Assembly (NCBI RefSeq): GCF_036321535.1
Contig: NC_087436.1
Location: 86,492,001 to 86,556,000 of the forward strand
DNA length: 64,000 nt
Origin: Camelus dromedarius
Lineage: Eukaryota
Direction: 5' to 3'
The position numbers and the translations under genes were made by a program. Shown here in pieces: positions 11,393-23,460 of this stretch; position 1 is the stretch's first letter; every line of letters starts with the position of its first letter. The notes below the pieces were generated by a model. The model searched no databases, was not told where the DNA came from, and saw only the letters and a list, made by a program, of their open reading frames with translations.

Positions 11393-11940
11393 TTTCTACT
11401 TAGGATGTAGAAAACTACAGGAGAACATACTCACAATGAGAAAAATCTGGATAATCTATAAAATCATAACTTTCCTTAAGTTCATCAGAGAGCTGAGGTC
11501 GCAAAGCAACTGAAGAAATGGAATTCAAAGTGACAAGATTCTCCTAGGAGAAACGAGATACACAGACTGTTTCACTTTTGACAAGATGCAGAGAAGAAAG
11601 AGGTGGCTGCCGCAGAAGTGACTCAGAAGAAACAAGTGAAAATTTTAGCAAATTCTGAAAGCGCTGGTGTGGCTGGTGCACCAGTGTCATATAACGGGAG
11701 CTGCAGACACAAGGGGAGTTTTCACTCTTCAGCTCTTCTCCATGGGCCTTGAACAGGTGTTCACAAGAATTGAGGGCAGGTCAGGAGACCAGTGTAGCTC
11801 AGCTACCCGGATTGACTCTGTTTGCCTACACTGACGGAAGAAGAGGTGTGCCCATTTCTGGGAGTAAATATCACTTATTGCTACCGTCCTTCAAACACAA
11901 TGCCTGGAAGTCGATGAAAAATGATGAGATTAAAAAAAAA
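11393..11940 (+). mobile_element. Ancient L1 (L1M-type) 5' region
   Basis: aatctggataatctataaaatcataactttcc...catcagagagctgaggtcgcaaagcaac resembles L1M4/L1MD 5' consensus from memory. Confidence 0.5.
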
Positions 11941-11984
11941 AATAAGGGAAAAAAAGACTTATTGTGGGGTTTGGGGGGGTTTTA

Positions 11985-12360
11985 TTTTCTTTAGCTTTAT
12001 CAAGATATAATTGACATACAATATTGTACAAGTTTAAGGTATACAATGTAATGATTTGATATATGCATATATTACAAAATGATTACCACAGTAAGTTTAG
12101 TTAATATCCATCACCTCCTAATTTTTTTCTCATGATGAGAACTTCTGAGATCTCTCTTAGCAATTTCAAATATACAGTACAGTATTATTAACTACAGTCA
12201 CTAAGCTGTCTGTACATTACATCCCAAGGACTTACTAGCCTTATAGTTCGAAGTTTGTACCTTTTGACTACCTTCCCCTACTTTGTACCTTTTGACCAAC
12301 TTTCCCCTTCCTCTATTATCCCCTCTACCTTGACAACCACTAATCTGTTCTCTGTTTCCA
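11985..12360 (-). mobile_element. L1MA-like 3' end
   Basis: tttagctttatcaagatataattgacatacaatattgtacaagtttaaggtatacaatg; internal about 28-bp tandem duplication tttgtaccttttgac. Confidence 0.8.
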
Positions 12361-12750
12361 TAAAACCCATTGTTAAGAGGTAAAGCAATCAACAGAACCA
12401 ACTCAGAGATGCTGGAATTCTCACAAAGTGTGTTTAAAATAAGAGATGAACAGATAGGGAACTGACCATTCACAAGCAAGGTGGAATGGGATTAGGATGA
12501 GTCTGTGAACAATTACAAGTCATTCATGTGGTGGTGGTGGGTCTTCATTCCATACATGTAAACAGTTTTTCCTGTAAACTGTAAAATACCAAGGCTCTGC
12601 TAGCAAAGAGGAATGAAGAAATGATTATGATGTAGGAAACCAACAGCAACATTGCAAGAACACTTATAGGGCATGGAAATCACTGCTCTTTACAGGATAG
12701 TTTCAAAGACCTAAGGCTAACTCTATGTTTTTATCTTCCACCTTCTAGGA

Positions 12751-12753
<3 letters not shown>

Positions 12754-12784
<31 letters not shown>
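12754..12784. repeat. (TG)n microsatellite, about 15 units
   Basis: Read directly. Confidence 0.95.
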
Positions 12785-12786
<2 letters not shown>

Positions 12787-13106
12787 ATGAAGGTTAGGGT
12801 AATGTAAGAAAGGATGACCACAATGACACCAAAGTCACATCACCGTTTTCCCTGGACTGACTCAGATCTCATCATACAATAGATGAACAAGCCTTAATAG
12901 ACTCCAGGAGGAAACAAACGTGGAGGTTAAAAACTCAAAAAGGAAATGAAATCAAGCAGAAGCACTGGATGGGAAAGAGATCCGGATAGACAGAGCTGAG
13001 AGAAGAAACAAAAGGATTGACAATGCAGTAAAGTGAAGAAAAAAGAAGGGGGAAAAAAAAATCCAGACTACGTAGAAGTAGAACCAGTTTCAGTATTATT
13101 GTGAGT

Positions 13107-13585
13107 TGTATCAGTTAAATTACATTGTTGCCAATAACTGAAAACTTGACTATAATGGCTTAAACAAGGAGTTATTTGGGGTTTTTCCACATAATATGAA
13201 CTCTGGAAGTTGACAGCTGCTAACATAGGTTCAGCAGCTTGGTGACATTAGGGCTGACATCTCCACCATTTCAGGATGGTTGCCATAGTTCCAGCCCATT
13301 ACATTTGAGTTTCAGGAGGAAAGAATATAGAAGTTGGGATAATGCCAGCTGTTCTGTCCTCTTTATCAGAACAGCAGATGCAGTACCAGAACCACCCTCT
13401 CCATCAGTATACTTCTAGTTACATTCATTGGCCAACTGGTCACATGGTCATCTCTAACAGCAAGGGCAAGTGTAAAAGCAAGTATTTATCTGGGTCCATT
13501 TCCTCTGCAAACAAAATCTAGGTTCTGTAAGCAAGGAAGAAGGGAGTATGTGATATTGGATAGACAGTATCAACAGAGTCTGCTC
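13107..13585 (-). mobile_element. MaLR solo LTR (MLT1K/L-like)
   Basis: tgtatcagttaaattac...aatggcttaaacaagg...cattcattggccaactggtcacatggtc...gatattggatagacag. Confidence 0.65.
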
Positions 13586-14817
13586 CGTGAATACTTACTG
13601 AGACAGTGTATGACAAAGAAGCTAATATGATATCTGGCACATAATGGATACTCGGTAATAAAAAAGCTGAAGAGACGGAACTTATTTGAGATGGAAGGAT
13701 AGGAGATGGCCTGTATCTCAGAGGTCAGGTTCTCACACTACAAGACTGACAAATTAAAAGTTTATACTTGATTTTATGGATCCTTCAAATACCCAGCAAA
13801 AACAGTGCCGTACACTTGAAGAACAGTATGAACAGTCGGAGGGGGGTGGCTGTCCATATATCCTTAACGGGTGGGATGGTTATTGTAAAGCAGGAGGAAA
13901 GAAAAAGCTGGGCCAGATGCAGAGAAATAGCAAATGTCACAGGAAATAAGCAAATGCAGAGGTAGCCTCAGTTCTGAAGAGGGCTTTTAAGAGGTGGAAG
14001 ACAAATAGCATACAGAGTCTGTAAGTGTACTGTGTATACACACATGTGCACTTTATAAATATTTCACAGGCTGCCAAGCCATTCTTCAGCATCGTGATAT
14101 AGGAGAGCTTTCCATACACGCAAACAAATTATCTCAACATATCCCTTCTATCAACTTTGCAACGTTATTACAAGACTATTAACTTTGTTGCTTTTAAGAA
14201 AGTTTAAGGGATAACGTTTAGAATCTGTGTCTACACGGTCTAAGCAAAGAGAGGGACTGAATTAAACTCTGAGTTTTTTTTTTAGCAATGATAACCAACC
14301 AGCATAATGAATTTAAACTCACCACAAAATCCTCTCCATAATAATAAATTCTTTTTTTGTGACATTTCTGAGGATACCCGTTGTAGGTCATAATTTTCAT
14401 CTCTGCTTAATTTCTTGAGGGTGAATGCGCCTACAAGTCAGAAGTGTCACAGAGCCATGGGCACCTGGCCCTTTTCCTGGTGCCCTTCTGAATCCCTAAT
14501 GCCATCTCCTTCTCTGTCTAGTGGAAAGTGGTGGTGCAGGGTAGCTGCAAAGATGTCCCGGAATATCCCTGTAGGGATAGCCGTTGGGAGAACATATATT
14601 TAGAGATCATCTTGGTTCAAATAATTGTTTTTAGTCAGTATCCAATTAGGGATCTTAATCAGGTTGTAAGACAAAAAAGATGTGCTTGAAATGATTTCTT
14701 CACTATGGATGAATTATGAACTGACATTACCATACAGTTAAACATCACTAATTACAGACATTCAACATAGGAATGTTTCACTTTGACCACCAATCCCTCT
14801 TAACCTAAGAGGGTTAC

Positions 14818-15688
14818 TGTATTAGTTTGGATACAAGTTTTTGCTACTTCAGTAAAGACCCCCAAGTAACCGTGAGTTCACAGAAATGTGTGCTTTCTCA
14901 TATAGAAAATCAGGTAGGTGATCCAAGGCAGGTATGACAACTTCACCACCACCGTGAACCCAGGCTCCTTCTCGTCTTACTGCACTGTCCTCCTCAACAA
15001 ATGACTTTTATTTCATGACCTGTATTAGTCTGTTGAGTTGCCATAACAAAATGCCACAGCCGTGAGTGGTGGGGCTCAAATAATAGGAATTCATTTTCTC
15101 ACAGTTCTGGAGGTTGGAGTCCGAGATCAAGGACTGGTTGCTGGTGAGCCCTCTCTTTCTTACTTGCCGATAGCTGCCTTTTTGCTGTGTCCTCATGTGA
15201 AATTTTTTCTGTGTGTGTGCACACCCCTGGGGTCTCCTCCTCTTCTTATAAGGGCTCCAGCCCTATTGGATTAGGGCCCAACCCTTATGACCTTATTTAA
15301 CCTTAATTGCCTCCTTAAAGGCCTTGTCTCCAAATACAGTCACACTGGGAGTTAGGGCTTCAACATATGAATTCGGGGGAAGATACAGTTCATCCATAAC
15401 ATGGTGTAGCATAGGTGCTCCAGCTCCCACCAGAATGTCCACATCCCCTCCAGAAAGCAGAGGAAAAAAGAGGGAAGGGCACATTTCCTCCCTTTAAGGA
15501 TGACGACAGACATTTAAATGCCTCACTTCCACTCAAATCCCACTGGCCAGATCCTAGTCACGTAGCCATACCTAACTGCAAAGCAGGCTGGGAAATAGAT
15601 TGTTTAGTGGAACTTCCATGTGCCTGGCTTAAGTTTCTACTCAGAAGGGAGAATAGATGTTAGGAGATGACCAGCAGCGTCAGCTACA
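14818..15688 (-). mobile_element. MaLR solo LTR (MLT1J-like), split by a younger MLT1
   Basis: tgtattagtttggatac...ccaggctccttctcgtc; resumes at 15402 with cactggccagatcctagtcacgtagccatacctaactgcaaagcaggctgggaaat. Confidence 0.7.
15021..15401 (-). mobile_element. MaLR solo LTR (MLT1A/B-like)
   Basis: tgtattagtctgttgagttgccataacaaaatgccacag...ctcacagttctggagg...gggcttcaacatatgaatt...ccataaca; TG...CA ends. Confidence 0.88.
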
Positions 15689-17029
15689 GTTGGAAAGGTT
15701 TTGTTGTCTGATATAATCATATCGGTATCTCCATTTTGTCCCATCTCTCTCCGCTCCCTTTTTCTACCCTCCGTCTCCCCTCCAGAGTATTGGTTCCATT
15801 CAGTGCAATCTGGGAGGAGGCCTGATGCATCCTTACAACTGAGGGCTACTCTGGGGCATCCATAGGAGACTTGGAAGCTTTATGATACCAAAGTCCTCTT
15901 TCCCTTCGAGGATAAGGAGATAAAATGTGGGAGGAGATGATGCAACCAGCAATGTGAGGGTAATTACAGGAGAATGTAGGGTCAAGGAAAAGAACTGAGA
16001 TGGAAACATTAGCACACTTTGTCTGCCAGTGGGAGTGATAACCCTTTGTCCTATTTTTAAATCTCTCCAGCAAGAACAGACCTTTTGTGGGGGAGAAGAT
16101 GTTAAGAGCCAGTTGACTTTCCACATTATTTCACTCTGAGCAAGAACTGGCTCTTGCCTCCTGCTTCATGTCTTTTGAAAGTGGAATGTCTCCTTCCGTT
16201 AGCATTTTAAATCTGGTTCCTCCAAAATTGTGCAATTTCCTGCCATTTCTCCTACAATAATCGAGCCAAGTTCTGCTTTGGGGGACTCTCCCCTGTTGCT
16301 TTAAGGTTTCCCAAAAGCCTTCCATTAATCTCTTACTCTTCCATGCCTTTGTGGGAACACTTTGTTCTGGCACTCTTGGCTAGCTTTTTGAAAGTGCATC
16401 TTGTTACCTTGGCCCCTTTTCAATCAACAAGTATTTACTGAGCACTGTCTTTGCTCCACTGCCATCTAGATCCTGTAGAATAAAGACATAAACTCTGAGG
16501 TCCAGAAAGCACCTTAGAGCTAGCTGCTTATTTTCCAAAGGAGGAAACTGAGGTCCAAAGAATACACAACTTGCCCCAGGGTCATGAGGCCGTTTAGAAA
16601 AATAACCTACTGAGTTTTCCCATTTCCTCTTCTCATTAGGACTGATGCTTGGATTGAGAAGATGAAAGAAAGCGTATGGAACATTATGGCAACTTCTCTA
16701 GGCCAAGCTTCATGCTTTCAGCGTGTTATGTAAATTGCATCATCTCCCAAACAACTTAGTAGGAGTATTCTGTGAGAATTCGACTAAAAAAAAAAAAACC
16801 CAAAATATAAATTAATTAAATTATGCACAACAGCCTCTCCTACCCCAGGGCCCTATCTAGACAGAACTAATAATCTAAATTCTGGACATGCTAAAAGCTA
16901 AGGGCCAGATTCTGGAACCTGGGGCTGCCGATGTTCTGTAGGGATTCTCAGGTAGCAGGGAACCAGACATCTAGGCATCTGTCTTACTCTTGGCCTCATT
17001 TAATTTGCTACGCTTAAATTGCTATAAAT

Positions 17030-17170
17030 TGCTCGTTTTATCTTCCCAACAACCCTGTGACGTGAATATCACTATCCCCATTTTACAGATGAAAACATCC
17101 AGGCTTAAAGAGGAATTCCTGGGCCTGATTGCCAGAAGATTAAGGTGGAAGTCAGGTCTTATTGATGTCT
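17030..17170 (-). mobile_element. MIR SINE
   Basis: caacaaccctgtgacgtgaatatcactatccccattttacagatgaaaacatccaggct. Confidence 0.75.
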
Positions 17171-18827
17171 CTTCTTGATGTCTACTTAAGTGCTAGAATA
17201 AGTCACATTCCCTCTTCTCGGTGCAGCTTCCTGTGCAGATGGTGCAGGAGTGTGGGGGCAGAGGCACTTAGGTGCACAGGGGTTTGGCTGTCAAGATGAG
17301 CCTCATGGTGAATGCTTGCCCTCACAGCTGATCTCTCCGTGCAGCTCTAAGGCTTGTACTCCTCCTTTCAGCACAGAAAGAAGAGCTCTTTCAGGATGAG
17401 TCAGGATAAGACCCTGAACCTTCAGAATGGATCTGGCTCCTCTGGGGAGAATGCAGAGGCTAGAAAAGACTGTGGGAATTGTGTGGGGATGGAGAGAAAA
17501 GAAAGGTAGACCTGAGCAGGTGCTTGTACCACTTTCCTACCTGGCTCTGTCTGGCCTGAAATGGGATTCCAGGGGAAAGGCAACATTCTGTACCATCTTT
17601 TGGACCCATGTGATTGCTTTCTTTATGGAAATGAGTTCTGCCTTCATAACTTTCCAAGTGTTTCAGGTCAAAGAATGGAGTTATGTATCTGTGTACACAT
17701 GCAGAAAAAGATGTCTGAAATAATATTCATAGAAAATATTATTAGTTGTGATTAAAGTGAAAAGGGTTTGGTGATTGTTAATTTCTTCTCTCTACTTTCT
17801 GTACTTTTTAAAATAATGAGCTGGAATTATTTTTTTAACCAGAAAAAAATGAGACTTTTTTTTTTTTCATTTTTCCTTATCATTTGGGAGACAAAGAAAC
17901 CACCACATGTATCCACTCGCTTAGAATGTGATTGCTTCCTCCTGGATGCTTGGAAATTTCAAAATGACATTGTGTGTAAAATAATATCTTCTGGTCATGC
18001 AGACAGTTTGAGAAGAGAGAAGAAAATAGGATACATACCCAGTTTTGAATCTGAGAATGTGTCTGCCTTATACCAGTCACACATCATAGCCTTCCTGGTT
18101 CCAAGAACAGGCTGTCTGATATTTCATGTCCCCAGGCAGCTTCACCGGTGGACTTTCCAGCTATTCGCTCACTGTCCCTTAAGGCAAAGGGAGCAGTTTA
18201 CTAATTATGTTTACTAAATACTACATATTTAGCTAATTATGATGATCCAGGATCGAGTATGAGACATTCACAGAATAAACAGGAAAAATGAATGAGGTGC
18301 TTTCAAATCGGAATCCAAGAAGAAAGATGATGACTACTCCACAGTGGGTACTAGGAAGTAAACAAGAATCAAAATACCCCCTGAGTATCTTAGAGCGAAG
18401 CCAATGAAATGTTGGCCTGGGGCACTAAAGCAGGCTGGGGATTTCCGTCTTAAAGAGGCCTCTTAGCAATAAACATGTGAACATCTAATAGGATTTGTTT
18501 ACATGATTACCCTCATAAAGGCACAGAAATAGACTCCATCAATTTCCCAGTCCGTGATTACAGACAGCTCATATTTTACTTTATCTCAGGAGGAAAACTG
18601 CCACCGTTGACCAACCCAATTCTCTCTCTCTAGCCTGACTTCCAATGACTGTTGCATTTTTAAAATTCCTCGCAGATATCTAAAGGTTGTAGTCTTCAGA
18701 ATCCAGCTTATCTAATGGATCAGGGCTGGATCACTGAAAAGGGGAGCCAGGTAGAGGGAGCAGGGGAACATGGATCTTCTATTTTGAAGAACTGGGTCTA
18801 CACTGGAGAAAGTTGACTGTCCTGGAC

Positions 18828-18890
18828 CTGCTCTGTCCCACAAGTAGCCACCAGCCACATGTCGCTATTAAATTCATGTTAATTAAATTA
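18828..18890. mobile_element. MER3/MER33-type hAT-Charlie end fragment
   Basis: ctgctctgtcccacaagtagccaccagccacatgtcgctattaaattc. Confidence 0.55.
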
Positions 18891-19962
18891 GGTATGAGAG
18901 CCTCAGGAGAACCCAGCGACATAAACAGGAAGTTCCTGAGCTTGGACTTTCTCCTGCCTTTCGTCTTTCAAAGATGTTTGAGAGTGGTAACAGGGAGTAT
19001 TGGTTACCTTAAGAAAATGTGCCATGAATTTTTCTTTTAAAATAGTCTGTTCTCTTTTCATGTGCACCAAAAGAAGTTTAGAAGGAGGCACATCCAGTGA
19101 TCAACAGTGGGACTCAGATGGGACTATCTCTCTACAAGAGGGACAGCAGGGCCACAGGGCAGAAGGAGGATGGGATGGGGGTGGAGACACCAAGGGACTT
19201 TCAACTTGTTCCTTTATCTCCCTCTGGGTTGTTGAGATTTTTTTTTCTTCCACGAGGATGCTTTAACTTTTAATGTGAGAAAACTAATAAGGAGATTTAA
19301 GAATAAATGAGAAAGTAAGCAATCACATGGATCCCAAATTCTAGCCAATCTCATTTTTCTCCTCTAAGAACAAAGATTGTAAGGAATAATAAACAAATGT
19401 TGGGGAGGATATCTTGTTCATTTTCACCTCCCATATGTTTGGCCTGGTCCAAAGCAGCTGGCGCAGCATTGTTTACCCACAGTGGGTGTGTGACTTCGGT
19501 TGGCCTGGTGTCCTTGGCTCTGCAGTTCTAAAATTAATATGAGGCTAGCTGGGAACTTACCCTCCTTCAGTGCTGTAGGAGCAGAGATTGGAGTTCTGTG
19601 ATTTGCTTGGTAAGTCCTTCCTTGCATTCAGATTTCACTGAGATGCCCAGTTTGCTCTCTATCAATGCGGTCAAATAGAAATTGAAATGTTCCACCCTAT
19701 AAAGTTTAGCTGGCCCATCCTTTTGCCTGCAAGTACTTAACACTAACCTCTACCCATATGTTTTATCATTCCCTTGGTCAGGCTGTCAATTTTCTTTTCT
19801 TGTTTAAGGGAAATCCATGGAGTCATTAAGCTCAGAAAATATTCTGAAATGTTTTCTCAACTTTCATTTGCATTTGGCTTTTGATGAATTACAATGTTTT
19901 ATACATAGTAGCTGTGCAACTTTTAAACTTACTTACCAGCAAAATATACTCGTGTGGTTGAA

Positions 19963-19963
19963 G

Positions 19964-19994
<31 letters not shown>

Positions 19995-20088
19995 GGATAT
20001 TTCTCTATGATATATATCTATATAATATATCTATTTTATATTTATGTATGGAGATATATGTATATATATACATATATATATGTATATA
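19963..20088. repeat. (GATA)n followed by degenerate (TA)n
   Basis: Read directly. Confidence 0.85.
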
Positions 20089-20094
20089 GTCCAT

Positions 20095-20460
20095 GAAGAA
20101 TAAAGGGGGAAATTGCTGGAGAAGGTGGAAAGAGACTTACACAGCACAATTAAAATGTAAAACCTGTCAAAGAGCTACACAGAAGGAGGGTTGGGTAGGA
20201 AGAGCTTCAGCCTGCATTGCAGCTCTGAGAGTCTGCCAGGCTGATGGAGAGTCTTGAGCAAAAGCAGCCCATTAGCGGAGTGCACACTGGGCAGGAAAGT
20301 CCAGCTCCGGTGCCCCCAGCTGCCCTCAGTCATCGGCAGGGAGCAGCCTGGGGCACCGTGGCCTTGGTGCGAATGCTGTCATGGGCCTGATGGTGGGAGC
20401 AGGAAGCTGTCAGTCCACAATGCTCGCTATGGCAGGTTCTCTTGAGGGAGATCTTTCCAG
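20095..20460 (-). mobile_element. ERVL LTR16-family fragment
   Basis: gggttgggtaggaagagcttcagcctgcattgcagctctgagagtc...cccattagcggagtgcacactgggcagg...ctcagtcatcggcagggagcagcc. Confidence 0.65.
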
Positions 20461-20639
20461 ACACCTTCTTTTATTTGAAGGGAAACTCTTCCCCAGAAGT
20501 CCACCAGCTGACTTCTCCTAAATTCCCATTGCCAATACTGGGCCCCATATTCTAGCTGCAAGGGAGGCTGAGAAGGGAATGCATCTCCATCGTCTTCCAG
20601 GAAGGAGGAACAGCAGCCAACAGGTCTACCATGCAGAAG

Positions 20640-20830
20640 TTGATGTGATCAGAGCCTCTGGGTTCAAACTGATCAGAATGCTGGCTCCTCTACTTAATAC
20701 CACTGTTGAGCAAGTTGCTTAGTTACTCGGTGCCTTAGTCTCTTCCTCTGCTGTGTGAAGTAAATGCAACAATATATGTAAAGCCCTGTATAGTATCTGC
20801 CACATGCTGCCTGGTAGGCATCATAGCTAT
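20640..20830 (+). mobile_element. MIR SINE
   Basis: gagcaagttgcttagttactcggtgccttagtctcttcctctg...aatatatgtaaagccctg. Confidence 0.65.
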
Positions 20831-21319
20831 TTGCATATCTAGGATCACAGAGGGTCTCCTGGGGCCCAGGGTTCGTCCAGATGCTCTGGCTGAAGGTTTG
20901 GCTAAGCTGGATTTACATTGTTGTGATGCTAAATTTTTATTGCACCCTGACCCCTATAGCCAACTTTAATTCTTCAGACTTACTGCCTATCATTGTCATA
21001 TATTTTTAAAAGCTTTTAGCTGGCAGCCTTTTCTATTAAACTTATTTCCAAAGAAGCTCCTAGAGATAGAAAAAGTGTCTTTGGATCCTATGGGAGGTGC
21101 CAACCTCCTTGGAGATTCCATCTACTCCTCTTTCGCTTTGCTCCTGTGTCTGATGCCTTGGTCTGTTCTCACGACAGCTCAGAGCAAGCACTAGTTTCAC
21201 ACAACCCTACGCCTCATCTCAGCTCTGTTTCCCAATCACCTTGCTTCAAAGTAGGGCGAATTCAGAAAGAGGACATAAAGGCGCTATTAGGATTTTCCTT
21301 TAAAATTTGATACACTGTT

Positions 21320-21650
21320 AAATGGGACGGAAATTGGCACAACCTTTCTGAAGTGCAGTTTGACGCATCAAATATTTAAATGCACTGTCCCTTGACACAG
21401 CAACTCCACTTCTGTAAATGTAAGCAATAAATTAAGTCCATAAAGCATTGCTACATTAGCAAACATTTCTGACAACCTAAATATCTGTTATTAGTAAATA
21501 TGTTAAATAATTGTGGCATTTCCATATTATGAAATTTCCGTGTTGGAACCTTTTTTAAAACATGAGGAAGATCTTTATGTACTGATGTGAAAGGGTGTCT
21601 ACAACAGATTGTTGAATTTTAAAACAGCAAAATATAGACCATTGTTTATC
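21320..21650 (+). mobile_element. Ancient L1 (L1ME-like) 3' fragment
   Basis: gaaattggcacaacctttctgaagtgcagtttg...cttgacacagcaactccacttc...caacctaaatatctg. Confidence 0.6.
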
Positions 21651-21654
21651 ACAT

Positions 21655-22741
21655 TGTATCAGTTTTCCTTTACTTCATAACAAACCATCCCTAAAAGTTT
21701 CGTGCCTTAAAACAGCAATATTTATTTATTCATGATTCTGTGATTTTACGATTTGAGTTGGGACAACTCAGCTAGGACAGCTCGTCTTTCCTGTATGTGG
21801 TGCTGGCCGGACGCACTCATATCTCAGAGGCTTAAGCAGGGATGATTGGGACGGGTCCCTCCACCTGGTCTCTCTCTTCCCATCCTCTATTCCTCAAGGA
21901 GGCTAGTCCAGGCTGTGCACATAGCAGTAGCATTCCAAGAGAGCTGAGAGCAGAAAAGGGAAATCTGGTAGTTTGGCTCAGGAAACTTACAATGTTATTT
22001 CTCCCAATTTCTGTTGGTCAAAGCAACTTGCAAGGCTGGACCAGAATCAAGGAGTGGAGAAATAGACTCCACCTCTTTTTTGTTTTAATTGAAATGTATT
22101 TGATTTACAATGTTAGTTTAAGGTGTATAGTAAAGCTATTCAGTTATACATATACATACATATATACATATATTTTCAGGTTCTTCCCCATACAGCTTAT
22201 TACAAGAAATTGATTATATTTCCCTGTGCTGTACAGTAGGTCCTTGTTCTTTATCTGTTTTATATATAGTAGTGTGTGTCTGTTAATCCCAAATTCCTAA
22301 TTTATCCCTCCCCCACTTTCCCCTTTTGTAACCATAGTTTTTTTTTTCTATGTCTGTGAGTCTATTTCTGGTTTGTAAATAAAATTTGTATCTTTTTTTC
22401 AGATTCCACATATAAGTGATATCATATGGTATTTGTCTTTCTCTGTCTGACTTACTTCACTTAATATGATCATCTCTAGGTCCATCCATGTTGCTGCAAA
22501 TGGCATTATTTCATTATTTTTATGGCTGAGTAGTATTCCATTGTCTATATATACCACATTTTCTTTATCCATTCATCTGTCAGTGGACATTTAGGTTATT
22601 TCTATGTCTTGGCTATTGTCAATAGCACTGCTATGAACATTGGGGTGCGTATGTTTTTTCAAATTAGAGTCCTCTCTGGATATATGCCCAGGAGTGGGAT
22701 TGCTAGATCATATGTAGACTCTGCCTCTTAGTGGGAGTTGC
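21655..22741 (-). mobile_element. MaLR solo LTR (MLT1H/I-like), split by an L1
   Basis: tgtatcagttttcc...taacaaaccatccctaaaa...gccttaaaacagcaatatttatttattcatgattctgtg. Confidence 0.65.
22078..22714 (-). mobile_element. 5'-truncated L1 3' end
   Basis: ttaattgaaatgtatttgatttacaatgttag...gattccacatataagtgatatcatatgg...ggagtgggattgctagatcatatg; 15-bp TSD tagactc(ca/tg)cctctt. Confidence 0.92.
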
Positions 22742-23272
22742 TGTCTCAAAGCCATCATCCAAAATGTCCCTCAATCATCCTCACTTCCTGGGATCCATGC
22801 CTTTGTATAGTCCCTCCCTTACTGAACCTGGACCAACCATGTGATCAACAAACTTCTGAGTGTGTGACGGTGTGTCACTTCTGAGGCTAGATCATAACAA
22901 GCCTTGCACCTTCCACCTTGCTTTCTTGGACTGCTCCCAGTGTGGGAAGTCAGATGCCATTTCACAAGGAAATTCAAGCAGCCTCTGAAGAATCCCACAT
23001 GAAGAGGAAATGAGGCATCCTGCCAGCAGCCGGCACCGATATGTCGGCTGTGGGAGTGAGCCACCATGGAAGCGAATCCTCCAGCTCCATCGCATCTTCA
23101 AATGACTGTGGCCCCATCCAACATGTGAGCCCCCAAGCCCCCCGAAACCACTCAGTCAAGCCACCCCCTAATTCCTGGTCCATAGAAACTGAGAGATAGT
23201 AAATGATTGGTGTTATTTTAAGCCACTGAATTTTAGAGTGATTTGTTATACAACATTAAATAATGAATAACA
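22742..23272 (+). mobile_element. MaLR solo LTR (MLT1F/G-like)
   Basis: gtgtcacttctgaggctagatcataa...cccacatgaagaggaaatgagg...ttttaagccactgaattttagagtgatttgttatacaac. Confidence 0.8.
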
Positions 23273-23412
23273 GATGTAAATAATTTGTGACCTGTGTGTG
23301 TTTGTACATCCACATAAATATACACATATACATACACACAGATATAGTCTGTCTCCTTATCTGTCTGTCTGTCCATCTATCTAATTATTATCCCTAGAGA
23401 CTGGGAATAGGG

Positions 23413-23460
23413 TGTGTGTGTGTGTGTGTGTTGTTGTTGTTGTTGTTGTTATTGTTGTTG
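23413..23460. repeat. Compound (TG)n(TTG)n microsatellite
   Basis: Read directly. Confidence 0.9.
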
